Shown: one piece after another, positions 1-9,427 of the stretch
Layout of the letters: the number at the start of each line of letters is the position of its first letter
Position numbering within the stretch: position 1 is the stretch's first letter
NCBI GenBank assembly: GCA_963820525.1
Contig: CAWGAA010000001.1
Span: 96,001 to 160,000 of the forward strand
Length of the DNA stretch: 64,000 nt
Reading direction: 5' to 3'
Source of the DNA: an uncultured Spirochaetota bacterium
Lineage (GTDB): Bacteria > Spirochaetota > Spirochaetia > SZUA-6 > Fen-1364
Program-made: the position numbers and the translations under genes
The notes under the pieces: generated by a model
Database searches by the model: none
Told to the model about the DNA's origin: nothing
What the model saw: only the letters and a program-made list of their open reading frames with translations

Positions 1-1
1 C

Positions 2-1622
2 TTCGCCGTCGACGTGGTTCCCGGCGATGTGAAGCCTTCCGAGCTCCCCGGGCTCTTTGCGCGCCTGTCCAAGGTGCTTTCCATCCCCGAATCGGAGATC
101 GGAAAGCGCATTCCACCGAAGAACTATTCGCTCTTCCAGCCGATCGAGGTGAAGGGGGGCGTGTCTCTCCAGATCATCTCGTTCCTCGCCGAGCACATCG
201 ACGAGTTCCACGGCGTGAGCTGGCACAACAAGCCGATTCGCAACTACCAGGAGGGAAGTACCCTGGCACACGTCATCGGCTACGTCGGGGACATAACCAA
301 GGAGGAGCTTCAGGTCCTGTACAATGAGGGTTATGCCCCGGACTCGGTGCTCGGCAAATCGGGAATCGAGAAGCAGTACGACCGGCTCCTTCGGGGGCAG
401 GACGGAACGAGGTACCGCGTCGTCGACGTGAGGGAGCGGAGGCTCGTCGGAGAAGAGGAGGAGGTCATCCCTCCCACCCCGGGCAAGGACGTGGTTCTCA
501 CCATAGACCGGCGGGTGCAGAAGCTCGCCGAGGAGGCTTTGGGGCAGAGGCGCGGGTCCGTCGTGGTGATGAAGCCCGCCACCGGCGAGATCCTGGCCCT
601 GGTCTCGTACCCATCATTCGACCCCAACAGGTTTTTCGCCTCCGACGCGGGGGACTACTTCTCGCAGCTTTCCGTTGACCCCTCGTCCCCGTTCCTCGAC
701 AGGGCCATCCAGTCGGTGTACCCTCCCGCGTCGGCCTTCAAGATCCTCATGACCACCGCGGTCATCGACGACGCGACGATCCCGACGGCGCGCGCCATCC
801 TGTGCACGGGGAAGCTGGAGTTCGGGGACCGTGTCTTCAACTGCTGGGTGAAGACGGGGCACGGATACGAGGACCTCTTCGGGGGCCTTGCTCAGTCCTG
901 TGACGTTTACTTTTTCACGGTGGGCAATGGAGCTCGGAGTGGAGAAGATCGATTCCTACGGCAGAGACTTCGGGCTGGGCGCCTTGACCGGAATCGACCT
1001 GCCCGAGGAGAGGAGCGGGCTCCTGCCCACTCCCGAATGGAAAGAGAAGACCCAGCACATGAAGTGGGTCGGCGGGGACACCCTCAACTTTTCGATCGGG
1101 CAGGGATTCGTCACCCTCTCGCCCCTGCAGATGGGGGACATGGTGGCCCTCATCGCAAACCAGGGCGTCATCTACAAGCCCCACCTCCTCAAGGAGACCC
1201 GGGACCCCACCACGGGCAAGATCATCTTCGAAAGCCGGCCCGAGATCCTCCATACATCGCACATTTCAAAGGAGACCTTCCAGATGGTCCAGGACGCCAT
1301 GCGGGGCGTGATCACGAAAGGAACCGCGGCGCCGGTCATCGACACCAAGGCGGTGGAGGTAGCGGGCAAGACGGGAACGAGCGAGGTGGGGATTGAGGGT
1401 CAATGGCATTCGTGGTTCGCCGCCTTCGCCCCGTACAAGACGGACCATCCCGAGGACAGGATCGTCGTGGTGGTCATGGTGGAGGCGTCGGAGAACTGGG
1501 AATGGTGGGCGCCCAAGGCGGCGAATCTCATTCTCCAGGGCTATTTCGCGGGCCAGACCTTCGATCAAGCGGTGGCGACTCTCAAGCCATGGTACATCAA
1601 GGTCAAGGGGAGGCAGGAGTGA
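2..1622 (+). CDS. mrdA: Penicillin-binding protein 2; 5'-partial, apparent +1 frameshift at ~929
   Basis: PBP dimerisation motifs (HVIGYVG, GKSGIEKQYD), SxxK (PPASAFK), SxD (QSCDVYF) in ORF 14..1396; the rest (ELGVEKI...GIDLPEE, KTGT) is in ORF 888..1622. Removing one G at 929-930 joins them. Lies upstream of rodA. Confidence 0.93.
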
Positions 1623-2926
1623 GACGCGTCTCGGCATTCTCTTTCGACCTCGTGCTCTTCGCCGCGGTGATGGCCCTGGTGATCATCGGAGTGCTGTTCA
1701 TCTACTCCAGCGGGGTAAACGCGAGCGGAGCGCTCGTGTCCTCCGAGTTCATCAAGCAGATGGTCTGGGCGATCACCGGCGTGGCCCTCCTGTTATTTTT
1801 CGCCTTCTTCAGCTATTCGGTGCTTCGCACCTATTCCCTGTACATCTATGCCGCCTCCCTCCTCCTTCTCCTTCTCACCCTTGTGATCGGGCGGGAAGTG
1901 AACGGGGCCCACTCGTGGATCGGCGTGTGGGAGCTGGGGATCCAGCCCTCCGAGTTCGCCAAGATTACGACCATCATGTTTCTCGCCATGTACTTCACCG
2001 GCATCGGAAACGGGATCCGCGAGCTGCCGCGGTTCCTTCTGGGGCTGCTTATCGTTCTCATCCCCGTCCTCCTCATCCTCCTTCAACCCGACATGGGCAC
2101 CGCGCTGGTTTTCTTTCCCATATTCCTCGTCATAGCCTATATCGCCGGGGCTCAGGTCAAGCACCTGATGTTCATCCTCTTGACGGGAGCTCTCATGGTG
2201 GCGTTCGCCGCGATGCCCAGCCTTTCGCGGCATTCCACGTCGGGAGCCAGGCTCCTCTCCCTGCTCTCCGACCCCGATTTCCTGAAGTACCTGCTGATCG
2301 CCATCCTCGCCGTCGTGGGCCTCTCCTATTTCGGGCTGCGCTCCTTCAAGCAGCGCTCCTTCTACTGGATACTCTACGCATCCTGCATTCTCCTGTTGTC
2401 CCTCTGCGCATCGCTTGCCCTGCGGATCGTGCTGAAGGACTACCAGATCATGCGGATGGTCATCTTTCTCAATCCCCAGCTGGATCCCCAGGGGGCGGGG
2501 TGGAACATCCTGCAGTCGATCACGGCGATCGGCTCCGGCGGTTTCTGGGGAAAGGGTTTTCTCCAGGGGACGCAGAGCCACTACCGCTTCCTCCCGCAGC
2601 AGAGCACCGATTTCATCTTCTCGATCCTGGCAGAGGAATGGGGGTTTTTGGGCGGGATTTTCATTTTCGCGCTCTTCCTGGCCATCCTCCTGCGCGGCAT
2701 GAGCATCATCTGGAGCTCGCATGACGACTACGCGATCCTGGTGGGAAGCGGAATCCTGTCCATGCTTTTCTTCCACGTCGTCGTAAACGCGGGGATGGCC
2801 ATGGGGATCATGCCCGTCACGGGCATTCCCCTCATGCTCCTGTCCTACGGCGGATCCTCCCTGTGGACTGCGATGAGCGGGGTCGGCATCCTCATGAACA
2901 TCTCCCAGCGGAGGATGCGGTACTGA
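1619..2926 (+). CDS. rodA: Rod shape-determining SEDS protein RodA
   Basis: QPSEFAK, LQPDMGTA, AIGSGG, TDFIFSILAEEWG, GIPLMLLSYGGSS motifs; multi-TM; GTG start overlaps mrdA stop. Confidence 0.95.
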   Translation: MRRVSAFSFDLVLFAAVMALVIIGVLFIYSSGVNASGALVSSEFIKQMVWAITGVALLLFFAFFSYSVLRTYSLYIYAASLLLLLLTLVIGREVNGAHSWIGVWELGIQPSEFAKITTIMFLAMYFTGIGNGIRELPRFLLGLLIVLIPVLLILLQPDMGTALVFFPIFLVIAYIAGAQVKHLMFILLTGALMVAFAAMPSLSRHSTSGARLLSLLSDPDFLKYLLIAILAVVGLSYFGLRSFKQRSFYWILYASCILLLSLCASLALRIVLKDYQIMRMVIFLNPQLDPQGAGWNILQSITAIGSGGFWGKGFLQGTQSHYRFLPQQSTDFIFSILAEEWGFLGGIFIFALFLAILLRGMSIIWSSHDDYAILVGSGILSMLFFHVVVNAGMAMGIMPVTGIPLMLLSYGGSSLWTAMSGVGILMNISQRRMRY

Positions 2927-2928
2927 CG

Positions 2929-5268
2929 ATGCGCCGCATCGACCCTGGGAAAGACCTCACCGACGTGCTCCGCCGCGTGGAACGGCCGGCTCGCTACGTC
3001 GGAGGGGAATACGGCTCCGTCGCCAAGGAAGGCTCCGGGCTTTTGCGAGTGGCAATCTCGTACCCCGATCTCTACGAGATCGGCATGTCCAACGCGGCAA
3101 TCAGGGTCCTCTACGGTATTTTGAACGGCATCGAAGGGGTTTCCTGCGAAAGGGTTTTCGCCGCCGCGCCCGATTTCGAGGCGGCCCTCCGGCAGCGTTC
3201 CGTCCCCCTGTATTCGCTTGAGACCGGGCGGGAGCTTCGCGGCTTCGATATCGTAGGTTTCTCACTCGGCTACGAGCTTACCCTCACCAATCTGCTGGCC
3301 ATCCTGGACCTCGGCGGTGTGACGCTGGAAGCCGCCCAGCGCGGCGAAGACGAGCCCATCGTGATTGCCGGCGGCCCCGCCTCCACCAATCCGGCACCCT
3401 GCGGCCTTTTCGTCGACTGCGTTTTCGTGGGAGAAGCGGAGGGCTGGGCGGAGGAGACCTTCGCGCGCCTCGCGTCGATGAAGCGCCGGGGGGCGGGCAG
3501 GGGAGACCTCCTGGCGCATCTGCGCTCCCTTCCATCGATCTGGTTCGCGGGAAAGCGGGAAACCACGCGGCGCGCCCTGTGGCGGGGCTTTTCAACCTCC
3601 GCGGCCCGATCCGGGTTTCCCGTGCCCAGCATGCGCACGGTGCAGGATCATGGGACGGTGGAGATCATGCGGGGCTGCCCCAATGCCTGCAGGTTCTGCC
3701 ACGCCACGTGCTTCTACAGGCCGGCGCGCCACAAGCTTGCCGAGGTGGTGGCGGAGGAGACGCGGGAGCTCGTCATCGGCTGCGGGTACAGGGAAATCAC
3801 TCTTTCTTCGCTTTCTTCCGGAGAGTTCCAGGACATCCGGGGCCTGGTGAGCAGGCTCAACTCCCTCTACGCCGAGGATCGCGTCTCCTTCTCCCTGCCG
3901 TCGCTGCACGTGGATTCCCTGGGTCTCGCGCTGCTCAAGGAGATATCGCAGGTGAGAAAGAGCGGGCTCACGTTCGCGGTAGAGACGCCGCGGCCGGAGT
4001 GGCAGGATGCGATAGGAAAGTCGGTGCCCCTGGATAAAACCGTCGAGATCCTCAGGGAAGCGAAGAGCCTGGGATGGAAGAGCGCCAAGTTCTACTTCAT
4101 GGTCGGGCTTCCCGCCTCCCTTCAGCTTGACGAATCCACGCCGATCGTGGAGTTCCTCCGCCAGGTGAGGGCCGCCACGGGAATGACGATCCACGCGAAC
4201 GTGGCCGCGTTCATCCCCAAGCCCCATACACCGTTGGAGCTCTCGCCCCAGCTCGGAGAGGAGCCGGCCCTCCAGCGGATCATGGCCGTGAAAAAAGGCC
4301 TCGCGGGAGACGGATTCAAGATCGGCTACCACGCCCCCTTTCTCTCGCTTCTGGAGGGGATCGTATCCCGGGGGGATGAACGGGCGGGGAGGCTCGTCCT
4401 GGATGCGTACGCGAGCGGAGCTCGCCTCGACGCATGGGAAGAGCACATCCGCGTCGATCTCTGGAGATCCGTCATCGCCAAGGCGGGATGGGATGTCGAA
4501 GGAGAGACGTGCAGGCCCCGCTCCGCTCAGGAAGCCTTGCCGTGGAGCTCCATCGCCCTGGGCGTCTCCCAGGCCGTCGTCTTCGACGCGCCGACGTCCA
4601 CGAGGGCGGCCCTCCCTCCAAGCGAACGGCGGGCCGGGGGCGTTCAGACTGCGGCGCGGATCCTCTTCAGCTTCGCCAAAACTGGCACGGCCGCTTTCAC
4701 CTCCCATCTGGATCTCCTGAATGTCTTCGAGAGGGCTTTCGCCAGGGCGGGCTACCGTGCTGTCTTTACCGAAGGGTTCAATCCCAAGCCACGCCTCGAG
4801 TTCGCCAGCCCCCTTGGACTGGGCATCGAGAGCGAAGAGGAGATCGCCAGCGCAGAGCTTTCGGATTTCGATTCGGAGCAGGAGCTCAAGAGAAGGCTCT
4901 CCGGAGCTCTTCCCGCGGGCCTCTTGGTCACCCGGGCGGCTCCAATGGCCAGGACACCGACGGGGAAGAAACCCTCCCTCATGGCCGCATACTGGGGGTC
5001 GGAGTACGCCCTCCATGTCGCCGGCCAGGAGCCCGGACCCGACGTCGCGGCTCGGGTGGAGGCGGCGGCCGCTGCCGGGATTGCGGTTTCTCCGCGCGAG
5101 GACGGCTGGGCGCTCCAGGTTCCCACCGGCGCCGCCGCAAAGGCGGCGCTCGCGGCGCTGCGCTCGACGTCGGGTGTCACGATCCGGCGGCTTCGCACAC
5201 TCGCCGGCGCCGAAGGCGGCGCGCCCGTCTCCTACTTCGACGCCTTCCGCTCTTCAGCCTTTATCTGA
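2929..5268 (+). CDS. TIGR03960-type radical SAM protein fused to TIGR03936/DUF2344 radical-SAM-linked domain
   Basis: PARYVGGE, YPDLYEIGMSN, CxxxCxxC (RGCPNACRFC); C-terminal FAKTG..SHLDL..FERAFARA..GFNPKPRLEFASPLGLG. Confidence 0.85.
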   Translation: MRRIDPGKDLTDVLRRVERPARYVGGEYGSVAKEGSGLLRVAISYPDLYEIGMSNAAIRVLYGILNGIEGVSCERVFAAAPDFEAALRQRSVPLYSLETGRELRGFDIVGFSLGYELTLTNLLAILDLGGVTLEAAQRGEDEPIVIAGGPASTNPAPCGLFVDCVFVGEAEGWAEETFARLASMKRRGAGRGDLLAHLRSLPSIWFAGKRETTRRALWRGFSTSAARSGFPVPSMRTVQDHGTVEIMRGCPNACRFCHATCFYRPARHKLAEVVAEETRELVIGCGYREITLSSLSSGEFQDIRGLVSRLNSLYAEDRVSFSLPSLHVDSLGLALLKEISQVRKSGLTFAVETPRPEWQDAIGKSVPLDKTVEILREAKSLGWKSAKFYFMVGLPASLQLDESTPIVEFLRQVRAATGMTIHANVAAFIPKPHTPLELSPQLGEEPALQRIMAVKKGLAGDGFKIGYHAPFLSLLEGIVSRGDERAGRLVLDAYASGARLDAWEEHIRVDLWRSVIAKAGWDVEGETCRPRSAQEALPWSSIALGVSQAVVFDAPTSTRAALPPSERRAGGVQTAARILFSFAKTGTAAFTSHLDLLNVFERAFARAGYRAVFTEGFNPKPRLEFASPLGLGIESEEEIASAELSDFDSEQELKRRLSGALPAGLLVTRAAPMARTPTGKKPSLMAAYWGSEYALHVAGQEPGPDVAARVEAAAAAGIAVSPREDGWALQVPTGAAAKAALAALRSTSGVTIRRLRTLAGAEGGAPVSYFDAFRSSAFI

Positions 5269-6035
5269 TTCCAGATCTCGTCCATCAGCTGGAGCCCCGC
5301 TTGCGAGGGCGTCGTTCCTTGCTCGTTGAGGCGCCTCTCCACCTCCCGGAACCTTGTGATGAACTTGTCGTTGGTGCCGTGGAGAGCGAGGCCGGGATCC
5401 ACGCCGAGGAGCCGGGAGAGGTTCACCACGGTGAAGAGGATGTCTCCGATCTCCTCCTCGATGCGGCGCGCATCTCCCGTGGAGCTTGCGTCCATGAGCT
5501 CGCCGATCTCCTCGCGAAGTTTCTCCCACACCGGCTCGGGGCTCTTCCAATCGAAGCCGACCTTGGAGACCTTCTGCTGGATCTGGTGAGCCCTCTCCAG
5601 GGGCGGCAGGGACTTGGGAAGGCTCTCCACCGTGGAGGGCTGTCCCCGGCCCTTTTTTTCTTCTGCCTTGATCTCGTCCCAACGGCTCACGATCTCCTCC
5701 ACGCTTTCGGTCTTACTATCGCCGAAGACGTGGGGATGCCTGCGGACGAGCTTTTCGCTGATGGTTTCCATCACCTGCTCCACGGAGAAGACGCCGTCCT
5801 GCTCCTTCATCCAGGAGATCATTGTCACCAGCATGTACAGATCTCCCAGTTCTTCGCGGAGGTTGTCGTCATCTGCGGCGCTCACGGCGCTCACGCACTC
5901 GTACGCCTCTTCGATGAGATTCTCGCGCAGGCTCTCCGGGGTCTGTTTTCTGTCCCACGCGCAGCCATCCGGCGCGCGGAGCCTCTTGATAATCGATAGA
6001 AGTCGGCCGAAAGCTGCCTCTGCGCTGTCCTTCAT
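5232..6035 (-). CDS. mazG: Nucleoside triphosphate pyrophosphohydrolase MazG
   Basis: LRAPDGCAWDRKQT, EEAYE, EELGD, KLVRRHPHVF, second EEEIGD domain. Confidence 0.95.
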   Translation of the reverse strand: MKDSAEAAFGRLLSIIKRLRAPDGCAWDRKQTPESLRENLIEEAYECVSAVSAADDDNLREELGDLYMLVTMISWMKEQDGVFSVEQVMETISEKLVRRHPHVFGDSKTESVEEIVSRWDEIKAEEKKGRGQPSTVESLPKSLPPLERAHQIQQKVSKVGFDWKSPEPVWEKLREEIGELMDASSTGDARRIEEEIGDILFTVVNLSRLLGVDPGLALHGTNDKFITRFREVERRLNEQGTTPSQAGLQLMDEIWNQIKAEERKASK

Positions 6036-6138
6036 GGGTTAGCAGTTAATAATGGGTGCCGTCCCCTGTCAATAAGTGGTATACTGGAACTAGCCGGGCC
6101 GCAGGATGGGGCTCGGCTCATGGTGGAAACTCAAGCGG

Positions 6139-6924
6139 ATGCAGGAAAGACCGCGCACGTATATTTTCCATATTTTTCGTGCCGATGGGAAATCGCTCGT
6201 TCTCCATCCCTTCCGCACCCCCGAGAAGCTGACGGCGGCCCTGGAGCAGACCGAGGTAGCCGGTAGGTACGGCGGAGATCCGCACGTGGATGAGCTGCAT
6301 CGGTTGCGAGCGGAGCTCTACGGCCTGATAGACTCCGCCGTGAAGCGACGGCTCGCCGATGTCCGCTTCATCCCGAAGTTCCTCATTTCCTCCGCCGTTT
6401 TTCTGGTTTCCTACTTTTTCTTTTCCTTTGTCGTTCAGGATCCGGTTCCCGTGGTGGATGAGCTCGTGATCTCCATCGCGCTCGCCGTGCTCGCCTATAT
6501 CATCCTGGGCAGGAGGGATGCGCGCTCGGAGGGGGCCGCTCACAGGCGCCTGGGACTCGTCGCGATCGTGGACGGCATTCTGTTCACGGAAAGCGAGTTC
6601 GTGAAGAGGGCGGAGGCCACTCTTCACGTGAACGAATCCCGTGGGATCGGCGAGATGCTGCGGGAGATCATCACCCCCTCCCTGCAGGAGCTGGGCGAGG
6701 AGGAGAGGGAAGAGGCCGTACAGTTCCTGGCGCTCCTGGAGGGAAGGTTCGATTCGCGGAGGCTCAAGCGCGAGGAGAGGCTGTTGAAGAGGCTCGCCGC
6801 AACGCCGGAGGCGCTTCCCGCCGGAGAGAAGCTCGCCAGCCGCGTGAAGCCGCGGGATTTCGATTTTCCCCTCTACGCGGTGTACAAGAGCCTCAAGCGC
6901 AGCGTCATGGACCGGAAATCTTAA
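6139..6924 (+). CDS. Hypothetical membrane protein (2 TM)
   Basis: Long ORF with hydrophobic hairpin around QDPVPVVDE; extended -10 TGgTATACT at 6077-6085; start uncertain (6106 or 6139). Confidence 0.7.
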   Translation: MQERPRTYIFHIFRADGKSLVLHPFRTPEKLTAALEQTEVAGRYGGDPHVDELHRLRAELYGLIDSAVKRRLADVRFIPKFLISSAVFLVSYFFFSFVVQDPVPVVDELVISIALAVLAYIILGRRDARSEGAAHRRLGLVAIVDGILFTESEFVKRAEATLHVNESRGIGEMLREIITPSLQELGEEEREEAVQFLALLEGRFDSRRLKREERLLKRLAATPEALPAGEKLASRVKPRDFDFPLYAVYKSLKRSVMDRKS

Positions 6925-8044
6925 GCGCGGAGCCCGCGAGACTTTTCAGGCGATCCGCGAGGGATTCCGGCGTGGCGGATGAGAGGGGCTGGTCGTTGAT
7001 GGTCACGTTCGGTGCCTGGGAGCACAATCCCATGCACGGGACGATCTCCAGCGAAAAAAGCCCGTCTGCCGTCGTCTCGCCGGGGCAGAGCTTGAGCACG
7101 CGCGAGATGGTCTCCAGCAGCTCCGCCGACCTTTTCTTTCCGCAGTTCTCGCCCGAGCAGACCTTGATGCGGAAGCGCGCCGGCGGTTCCAGGCGGAACA
7201 CGGGATAGAACGCGATGACCTCCGAGACATGATCTGGCGATACGCCGAGAAAATCGGCGATGTGCTCGATGGCGTCCCGGGGAATATAGCCGAAGCCGGC
7301 TTGAGTCTGCTCGAGGATGGGCACGAGGAGCTCCCGCTTGGGCGGGAAACGGTTGAAGACGTCAATAAGCTCTTGGGGAGGGCTCTTGGCTACGGCGGCG
7401 CCCCGCTCCTTTTCTTCGTGCTTCTGCTTCTTCACGTAATGGGAGAGTATGGCGAGCCCCATTGCGATGTTCTCGTTTCGCACCACCACTTCGGATGGCA
7501 CGGCGAGCTGCGTCGGAGAGAAGTTCCAGATCGCCGTGATGCCCAGGGACACGACCCGGCTCGCCACCTGCTGGGCCGCCTCCTTGGGGACGCAGAGGAT
7601 CGCGATTCCCACGTCGAAGCTGCGTACCACCCGCTGGAGGGATTCCATGGGAAGGATTGTGAAAGCCCCCAGGATGCTCCCCACCTTGGCCGGATCGTTG
7701 TCGAAGACGGCCACCAGGCGCAGGCCGTATTGAGCGAGGCCGGGGTACTGGCTGAGAGCCGAGCCGAGATGGCCCGCGCCGATCAGGATGGCGGTGTTTT
7801 CATAGTTGATGCCGAGGAACTCCTCGATGGCCTTCTTCAGGCCGAGGATCGAGTAGCCCGACTTCGGCTTGCCCTTATAGCCGATGAGAGAGACGTCCTT
7901 GCGCACCTGGGTGTCGTCGATCTGGAAGAATCGCGCCAGCTGCTTCGAGGAGACGTTGGATTCGCCGCGGGCCTGCATCTCGGCGAGGATCTGGTGGTAG
8001 AGGGGGATCCTTCGAAGCGTCTGCTCGGGGATCTGGTGCTCCAT
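6905..8044 (-). CDS. rex: Redox-sensing repressor Rex fused to a C-terminal NuoE/HndA-like [2Fe-2S] domain
   Basis: Rex: IPEQTLRRIPLY, QVRKDVS..G.KGKPKSGY, GAGHLG, IWNFSP. NuoE: GFGYIP, AFYPVF, CSGENC, CMGLCSQAP. Confidence 0.9.
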   Translation of the reverse strand: MEHQIPEQTLRRIPLYHQILAEMQARGESNVSSKQLARFFQIDDTQVRKDVSLIGYKGKPKSGYSILGLKKAIEEFLGINYENTAILIGAGHLGSALSQYPGLAQYGLRLVAVFDNDPAKVGSILGAFTILPMESLQRVVRSFDVGIAILCVPKEAAQQVASRVVSLGITAIWNFSPTQLAVPSEVVVRNENIAMGLAILSHYVKKQKHEEKERGAAVAKSPPQELIDVFNRFPPKRELLVPILEQTQAGFGYIPRDAIEHIADFLGVSPDHVSEVIAFYPVFRLEPPARFRIKVCSGENCGKKRSAELLETISRVLKLCPGETTADGLFSLEIVPCMGLCSQAPNVTINDQPLSSATPESLADRLKSLAGSALKISGP

Positions 8045-8078
8045 CTCACTGGACTTTTTGGATCGATCCGTTGTGCGC

Positions 8079-9317
8079 TTACTGGCTTCCACGGGATTCC
8101 ATCTCGCGCTGGAGGTCTATCGCCTGCTGCACCATGTCGATGCTCTCCCGTGCGGGTGTGTACTTGGGATCTAACGCCAGTACCTGCTTCCAGTATTCAA
8201 TGGCCTTTTCGTAGTGGCCCTGTGCGTATTCCTTCACGCCGGTCCGGTACAGCTCATCTGCCTGGTCCTGGGTTGCCTTCCTGCCGAAGTCTCCGAGGTC
8301 GAATTGGGCCTGCACGCTGAACTTGTCGACGGGGTTGAGCTCTCCGCTCAAGTCCAGATTGTAGTTGACGACGATGCTCATCGTGCCGAACTCCAGGGTG
8401 GTGCCCAGGGCGAGGCGGGGATTGTCCGCCTTGAGCAATATCCCGCTCTGGATGGAGAGGAAACTGGTGACATTGACGTTGGTGCCCACGGCCACATTCC
8501 ACTTCTCGGCGGGAGCGTTCACGGGATCGAAGCTGAAGGGATAGTTGAAGTCGCAGGCAAGCGTCCAGGGGCGCAGGGGGGAATAGGCGAGTCCCGCCGT
8601 GGCCATGAGGGGAAGCTGCTCTCCGGCCAGGCTGGACAGCCCGAGGTTCTTCAGCGTGGCTCCGAGACGGAAGTTGCCATCCAGGGAATGGTAGAACTTC
8701 AGAAAGGGGATGTTGAAGCTGGTCATGAGCCCCAGGTCGGTCATGAACGCCAGAGAGGACTGGTTGGCGGAGAAGACGGCGGGGATGCTCCGGTAGGCCA
8801 CCTTGAGATTTGTCCCCGCGGCCAGCCCGAAGAAATAATAGCTATGGAAGAAGTTATAGGAGATGTTCATGGTGGCGATCGATTCGGTTATATAGCCCTT
8901 CGCTCCCCGTTCGCCCCAGTCGTTGTACGCCGTGAAGGGAACATAGAGGAACTTGCCGCCGAATCCTATGCCCAGGTCATTGAAGCGGACCGTGTAGACG
9001 ACGCCTTCGAGGTTCGAGTCCGCGATCCAGTTGTGGTGGTAGAAAGCGAGCTCGGTCTGGCTCAGCAGAGAGCTGGCCGAGGGGTTGCTCTCGATGAACC
9101 CGCTGTCCAGCGCCATGGCCGTGTACGCGGTTCCCATCCCTTCGTACCTGCCGCCCATGGGGATGAGAAGGGTGGGGAAGATCGTCAGCCCGGTGTTTGG
9201 ATCGGCGAACTGGGAAAAGGCGCCCGACCAGCCCGAATACAGGTCATTATTGTCGGCCCAGACGGGGCCGCAGCCGATGAGAAGACAGAGCGCGATAAGA
9301 AACGCCTTGCCCTTCAT
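8079..9317 (-). CDS. UPF0164 family (FadL-like) outer-membrane protein with C-terminal TPR
   Basis: Signal peptide; DPNTGLTIFPTLLIPMGG..EGMGTAYTA, NPSASS, HHNWIADS; C-terminal TPR (YEKAIEYWKQVLALDP). Confidence 0.8.
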   Translation of the reverse strand: MKGKAFLIALCLLIGCGPVWADNNDLYSGWSGAFSQFADPNTGLTIFPTLLIPMGGRYEGMGTAYTAMALDSGFIESNPSASSLLSQTELAFYHHNWIADSNLEGVVYTVRFNDLGIGFGGKFLYVPFTAYNDWGERGAKGYITESIATMNISYNFFHSYYFFGLAAGTNLKVAYRSIPAVFSANQSSLAFMTDLGLMTSFNIPFLKFYHSLDGNFRLGATLKNLGLSSLAGEQLPLMATAGLAYSPLRPWTLACDFNYPFSFDPVNAPAEKWNVAVGTNVNVTSFLSIQSGILLKADNPRLALGTTLEFGTMSIVVNYNLDLSGELNPVDKFSVQAQFDLGDFGRKATQDQADELYRTGVKEYAQGHYEKAIEYWKQVLALDPKYTPARESIDMVQQAIDLQREMESRGSQ

Positions 9318-9427
9318 ACTACGCATATTATACAACCTTTTATCGGTTTATTCCATGGTATGCGCCGGGGCGCCGGTGACCAAACTCCACTTTTCGTCGA
9401 TAATAGAAGATGTGGGAGCACGCGACC

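Noticed and set aside
930..1396. Arg-rich C-terminus of ORF 14..1396 as a real domain
   Set aside because: Out-of-frame read-through after the mrdA frameshift
8045..9427. Rex operator (TTGTGAA-N4-TTCACAA) near rex or its upstream gene
   Set aside because: No convincing match seen by eye
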